Of a DNA stretch of 64,000 nucleotides, positions 28,924 through 37,984 are shown in pieces (position 1 is the first letter of the stretch; every line of letters starts with the position of its first letter). The position numbers and the translations under genes were made by a program. Origin of the DNA: an uncultured bacterium (GTDB lineage: Bacteria > Babelota > Babeliae > Babelales > Vermiphilaceae). The notes beneath the pieces are model-generated. The model made no database searches and had not been told where the DNA came from. It saw nothing but the letters and a program-made list of their open reading frames with translations. The DNA is taken from positions 704,001 through 768,000 of the forward strand of contig OY969699.1 in the NCBI GenBank assembly GCA_963702025.1. The letters run 5' to 3'.

Positions 28924-29988
28924 CTACAAAGTAAAATATTTCGATTCTTCTTGTGCGGCATAGTAAGGAAGCAATTGCATGATTTCTTTGGGCAAATATT
29001 TGAGAGGTGATTCCGTATCAACGGATCTATTAATTGTTTTTTTTAATGCTTCGAATTTTAGCCGTGCGCAATAATAAGTTCGCAGAATATGGCTAATCTC
29101 TTGATTATGCTGTAATCGGATTATATAACATTTCATAGCCTGTAAGTTGTTATCAAACATGCTTGGGCGATTATTAATGTAATATATTTCGTCATTAATA
29201 TTTTTGAGCTTTCTTTTTAATGTTTCTTCTGGTATTTGTTTTCCCATTTCAGTTTCAGGAATAGAACATTCTAAAGCAATTCTATTTCCTATCTCGCCCG
29301 CCAAAGTACTAAGCTCTTTACAGTTTTTTGCATAACTGGCGGCCAAGATATTGTGATCCCATTTGTAATGGTATTCTATGGCATCCTTTATATCCTTCCT
29401 ACTGATAGTAGGTAGTTTTAATAATGCCCTCACGCAAGCTGGATCATCAAAAAAAAAATTGCTCATTTTGTCACATGCTCCTGCCATAATAAGAAGCTCT
29501 ATGGCTTCCGGGCTTTGTAGTCTATACGTTAGCAATTGGAGTGGTGTTGAGTGAAGTTCTGTTTTTGCATTGGGATCTGCTTTGGCAGCGAGCAATAAGG
29601 CAATCATAGTGTTTATTCTTGCTAACGGTGTCTGGTTTTTTACTTTGTAATTACAAACAAAATGTAAGGGAGTGAATTTTGACCCATTATGACTTAATAT
29701 ATTCGGATCGATATTTTTTTGAGCGGCAAGAAATTCAGCGGTATCCAAATTTTCTAATTTACAGGCGATATAGAGTGCAGTCTCTTCTTGTGCATTCTGT
29801 TCATTAAGAATGTTGTAATCTTCGGATAAGCACTGCTTAGCCAATTGAAGATTATTACTTGCAGCAGCGTCGAAAAATGATTCCACTAATTTTTGATTGG
29901 GCCGATAAGGCTTTGTTTCTTCGGATTGTTGTTCCATGCCCACAGCCGAGGAAAAAAGGAGGATTGTAAATACTACTATTATTTTCAT
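28924..29988 (-). CDS. Exported ankyrin protein with C-terminal F-box-like motif, paralog of 27730
   Basis: Signal + ME; TALYIAC, TPLHFVC; SPLKYLPKEIMQLLPYYAAQ. Confidence 0.85.
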   Translation of the reverse strand: MKIIVVFTILLFSSAVGMEQQSEETKPYRPNQKLVESFFDAAASNNLQLAKQCLSEDYNILNEQNAQEETALYIACKLENLDTAEFLAAQKNIDPNILSHNGSKFTPLHFVCNYKVKNQTPLARINTMIALLLAAKADPNAKTELHSTPLQLLTYRLQSPEAIELLIMAGACDKMSNFFFDDPACVRALLKLPTISRKDIKDAIEYHYKWDHNILAASYAKNCKELSTLAGEIGNRIALECSIPETEMGKQIPEETLKRKLKNINDEIYYINNRPSMFDNNLQAMKCYIIRLQHNQEISHILRTYYCARLKFEALKKTINRSVDTESPLKYLPKEIMQLLPYYAAQEESKYFTL

Positions 29989-30011
29989 AGATGTTTCTTT
30001 CTGGTTATCCT

Positions 30012-30296
30012 TTACTCGTCTTTTGATGATTTTTCTTCACGATGAATGCTCAAAGCGCCATGGCTTTTTAACCAGGCAATTATCTTTTTGTTTTTTTCTT
30101 TGGCAAAATAGTCGTAGAGTCTTAGATCTTCTAATTTATATAAAACCGTTTTTCCCGTTTGATCCAATTCATTAATCTGTTTGCCCTTGGTAAGAAAAAG
30201 ATTCATGATTTCATATTGTTTATCTTCATTTTCGTGCCATTTTAAATAGCAGACCATATAAAAGAGATCTTTGGGATCCGATTGTATGCTCATCAT
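30012..30296 (-). CDS. Small ankyrin-like ORF, possibly the C-terminal half of a split gene
   Basis: INELDQTGKTVL...WLKSHGA. Confidence 0.55.
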   Translation of the reverse strand: MMSIQSDPKDLFYMVCYLKWHENEDKQYEIMNLFLTKGKQINELDQTGKTVLYKLEDLRLYDYFAKEKNKKIIAWLKSHGALSIHREEKSSKDE

Positions 30297-30607
30297 ATGA
30301 TTTGTTTCCGATCAACTCCTTCAAGTTCATCGGCAATTTGAGGAATAATTTCAAGTAATCTTTTGTTGCATTCCGTGGCAGCATTTTTGAATTCTACTGC
30401 AAGGGTTTTTATCTTTTTTTCTGTTGGTCCGATTAAGAATTCATAGAGTACATCTATTCGTTTTCTTTTTAAATAGGCCTTAAGGGCCGGTGTTAAATAG
30501 TTATGCACAGTTAACGCTTGCCCGATTGTCATTTCATGTTCATCTTCTTCCATGGGATGAAAATACAATGGTGTTACTAATGCGAAAAGAAAAATGATTT
30601 TTTTCAT
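30293..30607 (-). CDS. Small exported hypothetical protein, possibly the N-terminal half of a split gene
   Basis: Signal + ME; stop overlaps the next ATG. Confidence 0.6.
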   Translation of the reverse strand: MKKIIFLFALVTPLYFHPMEEDEHEMTIGQALTVHNYLTPALKAYLKRKRIDVLYEFLIGPTEKKIKTLAVEFKNAATECNKRLLEIIPQIADELEGVDRKQII

Positions 30608-30627
30608 ATATGTTCCATCTATAAGAA

Positions 30628-32256
30628 TTAAAACAACATTTTAATAAATATCCATAATGAATTGGTTGCATAAACCCCCGACCAAAATGGGTACTGCTCT
30701 TCTTTTTCTTTTACCAAATAGGTTGATAAGCCGCCGGCAATAAGCATGAGCGATGTATCGAGCCCCATTAATAAGCCGCCAAAGACCAGTGTGGGATTCA
30801 CGCCAATATATTTTAAACAATAGCTAAAGATAAAGCCAAGAATCATTACGATATAATCAAAATGGAATGCATTTACCAAAACGGCACGGCTTTGCGCGCG
30901 CGATGCAATAAGTTCCGGGCTGCCCAGGCCAAAATGGGTTATTAAGAGCCAAAAAATGGCACCGACGCTTATTGCGCTCGCCGCAAGGCCGATCCATTGA
31001 TACGTGCGCATGGTGCGATGGTTGATATTTGCCAGTTGCGCAACTTTTTGGCCAAACATCATGTCAACGGCAATCACACCTGCCAGCTCCACAAATGTTG
31101 CCAGAATGGTAACTTGAATCGCATTAAACCGGAAGAGCAAAAGCCCCGGGATCATCACAAAGGTGGCAAATCTACCAAGCGGTGCGATGCCTAATTTGCC
31201 CGCTATAACCAGAAGCTGGTAACTGCACAATGCAGTGGCGGCAAGGAGGTAACATTGCGCGAGGACGGAAAAGGAGAAATAGATTAAAAAGGCGATCGGG
31301 ATAAGGAGGGGGATTATGGTTCGAGACCCTTCGACAATTCTTTGATGCGCTTGCCCGCCATAGCTTTTAGCGACGGCTGGGTATCGAAGGATATTTTGAA
31401 CAGAAAAATTTTTAAATATCTTCCTCAATCCCTTAGGAATATCAATCAAACTCAGCATCGCACCTTGAATAGCCATGCCCGCGCCAAAAGCCAAAACGTA
31501 ATCCGAATGGGAAAGATAACTAAAAAAAAGAGTATGCACCGGATCAATCATCGCAAGCCGAGCAATAACTGCGACCAACAAGGGCAGTGCGATCACATGG
31601 CCGGTGGTAAAGCCAATGGCCCAAAACATCGGAATCATATCGGTGCGGGTGGTCACCAGCGGCAGGGAAAATATGTTCCACGAGAGCGCCGGCAAGAGGG
31701 TGAGCCGAGCCGGAAGCAAGGCGGTAAATGTTTGTAGTATTCCATACCCGAGCGCGAGCGCAGCGCCCAGTGCTAACTGGTATGCCTTTTTTAATTGATT
31801 TTGCACGGCGATCATATTATAAACCATCTGGCCGATAGGAAATACCATGGTGCTATCGGCTAGTAATTTTTTTTCAAGATATCCGGCAATAAGAAAACCA
31901 AAGCTGCCGGCAGCAAAAACAAGAGCTGCCAGTAGGGAGCAAAAAATAAAAGGGGTGGCCATCCAGGAATTAAAAAGTGTTTGATCCAAAAAATAAAGAG
32001 TCGGGAATGAAAATGCACAGGCCATGGCAACTGCACCGCCAATGCCACCAGCCGCCGTTGCGAGGGCGATGGAACGCATTTGTGTTTTGATGGCAAGATT
32101 ATAAGCAACAAGTTTAATAATAATAGTGCCCATTAAAACAAGTGTCATCTCCATCCATGGACCAATGGGCGTTGCCAAGGCAACATAGCTGATCACGAGC
32201 GTTGCAAAGAGAGAAAAAAGAAAAGCGATGATTGTGGTAAATAAAGCAATTATCAT
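30628..32256 (-). CDS. OPT/YSL-like polytopic membrane transporter
   Basis: More than 12 Gly/Ala-rich TM segments; FSFPTLY, FPIG, YQWIG. Confidence 0.6.
   Translation of the reverse strand: MIIALFTTIIAFLFSLFATLVISYVALATPIGPWMEMTLVLMGTIIIKLVAYNLAIKTQMRSIALATAAGGIGGAVAMACAFSFPTLYFLDQTLFNSWMATPFIFCSLLAALVFAAGSFGFLIAGYLEKKLLADSTMVFPIGQMVYNMIAVQNQLKKAYQLALGAALALGYGILQTFTALLPARLTLLPALSWNIFSLPLVTTRTDMIPMFWAIGFTTGHVIALPLLVAVIARLAMIDPVHTLFFSYLSHSDYVLAFGAGMAIQGAMLSLIDIPKGLRKIFKNFSVQNILRYPAVAKSYGGQAHQRIVEGSRTIIPLLIPIAFLIYFSFSVLAQCYLLAATALCSYQLLVIAGKLGIAPLGRFATFVMIPGLLLFRFNAIQVTILATFVELAGVIAVDMMFGQKVAQLANINHRTMRTYQWIGLAASAISVGAIFWLLITHFGLGSPELIASRAQSRAVLVNAFHFDYIVMILGFIFSYCLKYIGVNPTLVFGGLLMGLDTSLMLIAGGLSTYLVKEKEEQYPFWSGVYATNSLWIFIKMLF
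31316..31393. repeat. REP-like element inside the transporter CDS, in frame
   Basis: Reverse complement CCTTCGATACCCAGCCGTCGCTAAAAGCTATGGCGGGCAAG...GTCGAAGGGTCTCGAACCAT. Confidence 0.85.
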
Positions 32257-32261
32257 AATTT

Positions 32262-32750
32262 TTATGTATTTTTATCAAGGCGCCATGAAGCGCTTTCGAG
32301 TCTCAGTAGTTTTTCTTGTATATTGAATGAACACTTTTTTTTGCCTTGTTCATACTCAAGCAGTGTGCCCTCATCACAAAATTGTGGATGAGCATCATCC
32401 ATTTCTTGGGTAAAGCTGGTGAGTAGTGAGCCATATTTAACCGCAAACAGATAAAACAATTTTGCGTTGAACTCATTGAGTGTATGTTTTAAGAGCATAG
32501 TTTCATTTTTCTCATCAAAGCTGATGGTGCTACATGGCATGCTGTTGCTGCCATATCTTATCCACGGACAACCTTTATTTTCAACGCTCCATACTACAAT
32601 GTCATATTTGTTTTGCAGGGGGAAACGTGTCATTTTTTGGATTTCGATCTGATAATTTCGGGTAGGATTTTTACAGGGGTTGGCTATATGCATTGCATTA
32701 ATTGACATGATGATAGCTAATGTAGCATAAATATATCTAGATATTTCCAT
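32262..32750 (-). CDS. Exported hypothetical protein
   Basis: Signal + MH; GGGAG RBS. Confidence 0.65.
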   Translation of the reverse strand: MEISRYIYATLAIIMSINAMHIANPCKNPTRNYQIEIQKMTRFPLQNKYDIVVWSVENKGCPWIRYGSNSMPCSTISFDEKNETMLLKHTLNEFNAKLFYLFAVKYGSLLTSFTQEMDDAHPQFCDEGTLLEYEQGKKKCSFNIQEKLLRLESASWRLDKNT

Positions 32751-32893
32751 AAGCTCCCCTTCTATATATAAAGATTCAAGAATTATTACAGTATTAATAA
32801 ACTTTTATCTGTTTGTCGATTGGAAATGAGGGATAAGAGCATATGGCAAAGATTGCCCATCGCCGAACCCGTGATTCCAATGACGGGATATTT

Positions 32894-33415
32894 TTAACGA
32901 GGAAAGATGAGCCTTTTGCAAATCTTTACCCGCAAGCCCATTGTGCTGAGCATTTGCTTAATGATTGGCATTGCAGTGATATAGGCATCCACAGTTTCCA
33001 TTCGCATTTCCTTGAACCCTTCAGGGATTACCATCACTGTTTTGAGCAGGGCAAATAGTGTTGCCATAAGAGGTGCATTATTTTGATCAAGCGCACTTGC
33101 TTGAAATTGAGTTGCCTGAAAGATAGTATTTGCGATAGTATAAAGATCGCCGCCGGTGAGCAACTCTTTTTCTTGTTGTTCAATAACTATAAGAGATTGC
33201 ATCGCATATGTTCCAAGATCATCCAGCATGTGGCTAATTTCCCTTTTATCAGCTCTTGTTGGTAATTGCGAATAAAAATACTCATACCATTCGCTGGGCA
33301 TAAGATTGTCTTTGCTGCATAATTCAACGTTAACCGAAACGGTGCCTTTTATCGCATCTGTTTGGTGGATAAGTAACAGTGCGGTGCATGCGACTAAAAG
33401 TGCTGTATTTTTCAT
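32894..33415 (-). CDS. Exported hypothetical protein
   Basis: Signal peptide MKNTALLVACTALLL. Confidence 0.65.
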   Translation of the reverse strand: MKNTALLVACTALLLIHQTDAIKGTVSVNVELCSKDNLMPSEWYEYFYSQLPTRADKREISHMLDDLGTYAMQSLIVIEQQEKELLTGGDLYTIANTIFQATQFQASALDQNNAPLMATLFALLKTVMVIPEGFKEMRMETVDAYITAMPIIKQMLSTMGLRVKICKRLIFPR

Positions 33416-33427
33416 AATTGTGCCTTT

Positions 33428-34330
33428 TTACATGAAAAATGAGAGTGGATTGATCTGTTTACCATGTGCGTAGACTTCAAAATGCAAATGTGATGCATCT
33501 CTTCCTTTTTTCTTACGGACGGCGCCGGTGGCGCCCACTTTGCCGATTAATTGGCCTTGCTCCACTTTCTGGCCGACTGAAACGTGCATTTTATCAAGGT
33601 GCGCATACCGTGTTTTGTATTTATTGCTATGGGATATCAAAATGGTATTGCCATACCCTGAATGAAAATGAGCCTCGATAACGATGCCGTCACCGGCGCT
33701 TACTACCGGTGTACCTTTACAGGCTGCCATGTCGATACCATAATGGAAGCCCCAGGAGCGATCCGGTTTGCGTCGCGGACCAAAAAATGAACTTAACCAA
33801 AAGTCAGAACGTTTAATGGGCCACACAAAATTAATATCTTTGGCCGCGGTGATAATGCCATCATTATAAAATTTAGGAAAACTCTGCACATTATTGGTGC
33901 GGATTGCTCGTGCGCGTTTTCTTCTTTTTTTACCGGTGAAGCTAGTTTTGTGCTTAATTTGATCCGAATAATCGGCCCATTCATTAAGGTCGACCGCTTT
34001 TAAGAGAAATTCAAGATTTTCTTTGCGCGCGTGACTGATGGTTGATTGTTTAAGATAACTCGGCTCGCGGTTAACTAAAATAAATGAATCTTTTTCTTCC
34101 ACCGGTTCAGGAGCTTCGGAATCTGATGACCCCTCGGCCTGTTCTTTCATGGCGTTATATTCATTTAAGATTTTCTTTACCGCCAAGGTATAGGTCCTAT
34201 ATTCTTCTTTGAGTTCAAGCATTTTTTGTGCCTGATCATGAAAGAATCGGTACTCAACAATAAGAAGCGTGCTTAAGCCCAGTAAGCCGATCGCCATGCT
34301 TCCAATTATTATTTTGCCTAAATGTTTCAT
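33428..34330 (-). CDS. M23 family metallopeptidase (peptidoglycan hydrolase)
   Basis: FHYGID, YAHL, HLHFE; N-terminal TM plus coiled coil. Confidence 0.92.
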   Translation of the reverse strand: MKHLGKIIIGSMAIGLLGLSTLLIVEYRFFHDQAQKMLELKEEYRTYTLAVKKILNEYNAMKEQAEGSSDSEAPEPVEEKDSFILVNREPSYLKQSTISHARKENLEFLLKAVDLNEWADYSDQIKHKTSFTGKKRRKRARAIRTNNVQSFPKFYNDGIITAAKDINFVWPIKRSDFWLSSFFGPRRKPDRSWGFHYGIDMAACKGTPVVSAGDGIVIEAHFHSGYGNTILISHSNKYKTRYAHLDKMHVSVGQKVEQGQLIGKVGATGAVRKKKGRDASHLHFEVYAHGKQINPLSFFM

Positions 34331-34363
34331 TCGATACTTAATGGTTTTACTCCGCAGTTTTTT

Positions 34364-35056
34364 CTAAATTATTTCTATGGCCGTATTGGGCACCCATCCG
34401 GTATATGATCCCCCGGTGATCTTTGACCATGTTTGGTTCTGCACTTTAACCGTTACTTTCTGGGCGCACGGGATAGTGCCCATCGCATGGTACTCAGTGC
34501 CCGGCCCTGCATATACCGTTACATCTTCTTGCATGGCCAGTGCTTTTTTGGTTAATGATGATGCATACAATGCATAGTTTAAAAAGCCGACAAGAATTAC
34601 GAGCGTGTTCAAACATATCAATTGATAACGTTGTTTTTTGCGCATCATTTTACGGACAAGAAATAAAAGTACACCAATTAGACAAAAAAATAAAATCTGG
34701 GCAAAAAGAATGATTCGCGGTGCTTTAAAAATTGAAAGCAAATGTTCCGCAATCCCATCCGTTGTTTTGTGTATCTGGCTACAATTATAAATGCTGTCAT
34801 TCACAATTGCGCGGTTGCCATTTTTTAATGCGCGGTGCCAGTAGAGCATCGCATAAGACGGATCATTTTTTTGAAAGGCACAGTTACCCATGTTATACCA
34901 AACTGCTGCGCTCTTGGGAGAAATCTTTTGATAGGTGGCAAGGGCGGTGTCAAAATCGCCGCCCCGATACTGTTCATTTGCAGTTAAAAAAAGTTCTTGC
35001 GCGGTGTGCGCGGATATCGCGCAGAAAACCATGCACAGTAATAAATATTTCTTCAT
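34364..35056 (-). CDS. batE: BatE-like TPR + SH3 protein
   Basis: TPR WYNMGN, TM pair, SH3b (VYAGPG...GWVP); position in bat operon. Confidence 0.8.
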   Translation of the reverse strand: MKKYLLLCMVFCAISAHTAQELFLTANEQYRGGDFDTALATYQKISPKSAAVWYNMGNCAFQKNDPSYAMLYWHRALKNGNRAIVNDSIYNCSQIHKTTDGIAEHLLSIFKAPRIILFAQILFFCLIGVLLFLVRKMMRKKQRYQLICLNTLVILVGFLNYALYASSLTKKALAMQEDVTVYAGPGTEYHAMGTIPCAQKVTVKVQNQTWSKITGGSYTGWVPNTAIEII

Positions 35057-35065
35057 TGTCTATTT

Positions 35066-35194
35066 CCTGCAGGATTAATTCCTCGAAGCTTCAAACATGG
35101 TTCGATACACTGCGCTTCGCGCAGTACTCACCACGAACGGAATCCAACACCGCTCGTCCTGAGTAGAAATCGAAGATTTCGTATCGAAGGATAT
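35066..35194. repeat. REP-like composite palindromic element
   Basis: CATGGTTCGATAC..ACTCACCACGAACGG..CCGCTCGTCCTGAGTAG..GTATCGAAGGATAT; 35150-35194 is the exact reverse complement of 37838-37882. Confidence 0.9.
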
Positions 35195-35196
35195 CT

Positions 35197-36924
35197 CTAT
35201 ATCTTGCGATGGTAATTTATATGTTCAAAAATATCAAGCCATTGTATTGCCTGATTTACCAATGGTTGCCACGACCGGTGACCCGAATCGGCATGCGCAA
35301 ACCGTGCCATTGTTAGTTGCTCAAAAAAAATTCGCCATTCTTCGAGCATGCTCTCCTTAAAACCTTTTTGCTGTAAAAGCTGTTCAATTGTTTCCGCCGA
35401 GAATGATCTGCCCAATTTTGTTGCCAGAATCTCCATAAATAAAGGATATAATTGGTGATACTCTTCCGTTTTTTCTATCTGCCGTAACTGCTGATAAAGA
35501 CTGCTGTTTCTTTTTTTAACAAATAGTTTCAAGCCGCTCAAAAAATAATGCCGGCTTATGAACAGAATTTCTGCAAAAAAGAGAATGCATAAAAGTATCG
35601 TAAGCGCCCAAAAAATGTGCCATGGCACTATTAATGGCTGTTGTGGCGACCATGGGCCTTCTTCATGGAGCGGGCGAATAACAGTATTTATTTGTTTTTC
35701 CTGAGTGCTCGGTATTTGCGGTGCTACCGGACCGCGCACTTGTTTGGGGTTGGCAAATATTTGCAGCGCCAAAGGGAATGATTGCACTGTTTTATACGCC
35801 CGTTGAGAAATGTCAAAATAGGTAATTTTTTGTGCCGGAATAGTAAATGATCCGGGTTGCAACGCTTGAATAATATATTCAATAACATACCGTGTTGCGC
35901 CATTGGGCGCAGATTCTTGGTATCTTTTTGATTCGTACACTTTCAAATTTTCCGGCATGGCGCTGAGGGCAAATGAGGAGAGGCGATCAAAATTTCCTTG
36001 ACCGGTGAGCGTAAGGGTGAGCGTTATACCATTGCCAACTTTGGCATGATTTGGTTCCAATTTTCCGGTTAATTCGTGAATGGTGCCAATAAATGGGTTT
36101 GGGAGATTACTATCAACGGGTATTGGCTCAACCTCAAGGCTCACGGTGTTTGAATAAGCTCGTTTGGTTTCACTGCGCGAAAAGAAGGAAAAAAAAGCGG
36201 TCTTGGTCTGCGTTGTGTAATCAAGGGCATATGCCGGAATTACTTGAACGCCTGCTTTTTTGGGGCAAATATCCCACTCCCATTGGGCATAGCGATGTTC
36301 TGTGCCATTAATCATTTTTGATCCGGTGACCGGTCCTTCTTTTTTGCTGCATTCAAATTGCGCGCCGCAGTTTTCGGGGTCAAGCAGCTCTTGCAATGTT
36401 ACATACGGATCATCGGTGTAGAAAGTAAGGGTGCAATGCGTTTTTTGGCCGACAAACAATTGTTGGGTGTCACAGGTGAGGCGAGCAAAACTTTTATTGC
36501 CATTGGTTTGTTTAGAGGTCTGGTGTACTTTTTGGTTATCACTGACGGTGATGGTTAACGGTTGCGATTCAACGGTGCCGCTTGGTTCAATTATTTGCGC
36601 CGGCCCGAGGGCATGAGCGCCCGGAGTATCAATGCGAACGCGGTAATGGTAAGTGAGTGATGTGGCGCCGTTGACCATATTCATCTGGAATCCGCTTTGC
36701 TGGATCTGGGTATCCCCATCAACTTTAACCACCGGATACTGGGCAGTATTACGTACATTGGTCAGTGAAACATGCAGCAGAAATGGTTGACCTGCGCCCG
36801 CCTCTTGTAATGGTTGGCCATCGGTGGAAGTTGTCTTGAGTGTTATTTGCGCAGGGTTGGCTATGCATACGGGTGTTAGAAATAGCAATCCAATTATGTA
36901 TCGGCTAATAAGCGTGTTCATCAT
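35197..36924 (-). CDS. batD: BatD-like protein
   Basis: Signal peptide, Ig-like repeats (VGNGITLTLTLTGQGN, PGSFTIPA), C-terminal TM; bat operon. Confidence 0.8.
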   Translation of the reverse strand: MMNTLISRYIIGLLFLTPVCIANPAQITLKTTSTDGQPLQEAGAGQPFLLHVSLTNVRNTAQYPVVKVDGDTQIQQSGFQMNMVNGATSLTYHYRVRIDTPGAHALGPAQIIEPSGTVESQPLTITVSDNQKVHQTSKQTNGNKSFARLTCDTQQLFVGQKTHCTLTFYTDDPYVTLQELLDPENCGAQFECSKKEGPVTGSKMINGTEHRYAQWEWDICPKKAGVQVIPAYALDYTTQTKTAFFSFFSRSETKRAYSNTVSLEVEPIPVDSNLPNPFIGTIHELTGKLEPNHAKVGNGITLTLTLTGQGNFDRLSSFALSAMPENLKVYESKRYQESAPNGATRYVIEYIIQALQPGSFTIPAQKITYFDISQRAYKTVQSFPLALQIFANPKQVRGPVAPQIPSTQEKQINTVIRPLHEEGPWSPQQPLIVPWHIFWALTILLCILFFAEILFISRHYFLSGLKLFVKKRNSSLYQQLRQIEKTEEYHQLYPLFMEILATKLGRSFSAETIEQLLQQKGFKESMLEEWRIFFEQLTMARFAHADSGHRSWQPLVNQAIQWLDIFEHINYHRKI

Positions 36925-37984
36925 TGCCCGCTCCTCCTTCTTGATTAACCATCACTTGTATCATTTTTTTATTTAATGCCGCATCTTTTTTTTCATGCTG
37001 CTCTAAAATTCGTGCCAGGGACGCGGATAATTTTTTTTCTGCTGCCGACTTTTGTTGGCCCTCTTTTTGATCGGCACCACTTTGTTTTTCCGCTTGATTT
37101 TGAGCGGCTTGTTCATCCTTTTTTTGCTGTTGTTGTTGAGATTCCTTTTGTGAATTCTGCTCTTTTTTGTCCGATTTATCGGCAGCATCCTTTTGTTGAT
37201 TTTGTTCTTGCTGCTGCTGTTTTTTATTTTCTTGTTTTTGTTGGTCCGATTGTTGATTATTTTTTTGCTCTTGGTTTTGTTCTTTTTCTTTTTTATTTTT
37301 CTCTTGCTCTTGCTGCTCATTTTCTTTTTTTTGTTGCTCGGAAGATTTTTTGTCTTTATTTTCTTCTTGATTTTGATCTTTTTCTTGGTCTTTTTTATCC
37401 TGATTATTCTCATCATTCTTTTGCTGTTGTTGCTTTTCTTGTTCCATCATTTTTTTTACTATTTCTTTATTGTGCGCGGCACGTTCATTGCTTGGATTAA
37501 GATCGAGCACCTTATCATACGCGGCAAGCGCCTCAGGCAGTTTTTTTAATTTTACATAGCTGTTGCCGGCATTAAATAACGATTGTTCTTGCAGAATGCG
37601 ATCGGTGTTGCTTTGCGCCGCTTTAGTAAAATAAGAAAGAGCTTGATCATATTCACCAGCTTTAAATGAACTCACGCCTGCATCATACAAAATAGTGGGG
37701 GATTCAGGATTATCAACGAGCACTTTTTTCATCAGCTCTTTTGAGCTGTTCCAATCATTATTTTTGCCTTTAATGATAGCGCGATCATATTCGAATGCGC
37801 CGTAAAGATTAAGCGAGAAAAAACAGAAGAGTATTAAATATCCTTCGATACGAAATCTTCGATTTCTACTCAGGACGAGCGGGCTCGGAGTCCGTTCGTG
37901 GTGAGTGCGAACAAAGTGAGCGTATCGAACCATGTTTCGAAGCAAACTTCGAGAAGTTAAACCTGCGGAGATTAAAAGCATCAT
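36905..37984 (-). CDS. batC: BatC-like TPR protein with Q/K/E-rich region; N-terminus contains a REP element
   Basis: TPRs (LYDAG, LFNAGN, NPSNERAAHN); ATGA overlap with batB stop. Confidence 0.8.
   Translation of the reverse strand: MMLLISAGLTSRSLLRNMVRYAHFVRTHHERTPSPLVLSRNRRFRIEGYLILFCFFSLNLYGAFEYDRAIIKGKNNDWNSSKELMKKVLVDNPESPTILYDAGVSSFKAGEYDQALSYFTKAAQSNTDRILQEQSLFNAGNSYVKLKKLPEALAAYDKVLDLNPSNERAAHNKEIVKKMMEQEKQQQQKNDENNQDKKDQEKDQNQEENKDKKSSEQQKKENEQQEQEKNKKEKEQNQEQKNNQQSDQQKQENKKQQQQEQNQQKDAADKSDKKEQNSQKESQQQQQKKDEQAAQNQAEKQSGADQKEGQQKSAAEKKLSASLARILEQHEKKDAALNKKMIQVMVNQEGGAGNDEHAY
37838..37968. repeat. REP-like composite element within the 5' end of batC
   Basis: Inverted copy of 35066-35194. 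Confidence 0.9.

Noticed and set aside
36976..37549. Hydrophobic or Lys-rich ORFs overlapping batC
   Set aside because: Shadow frames of the low-complexity Q/K/E region.
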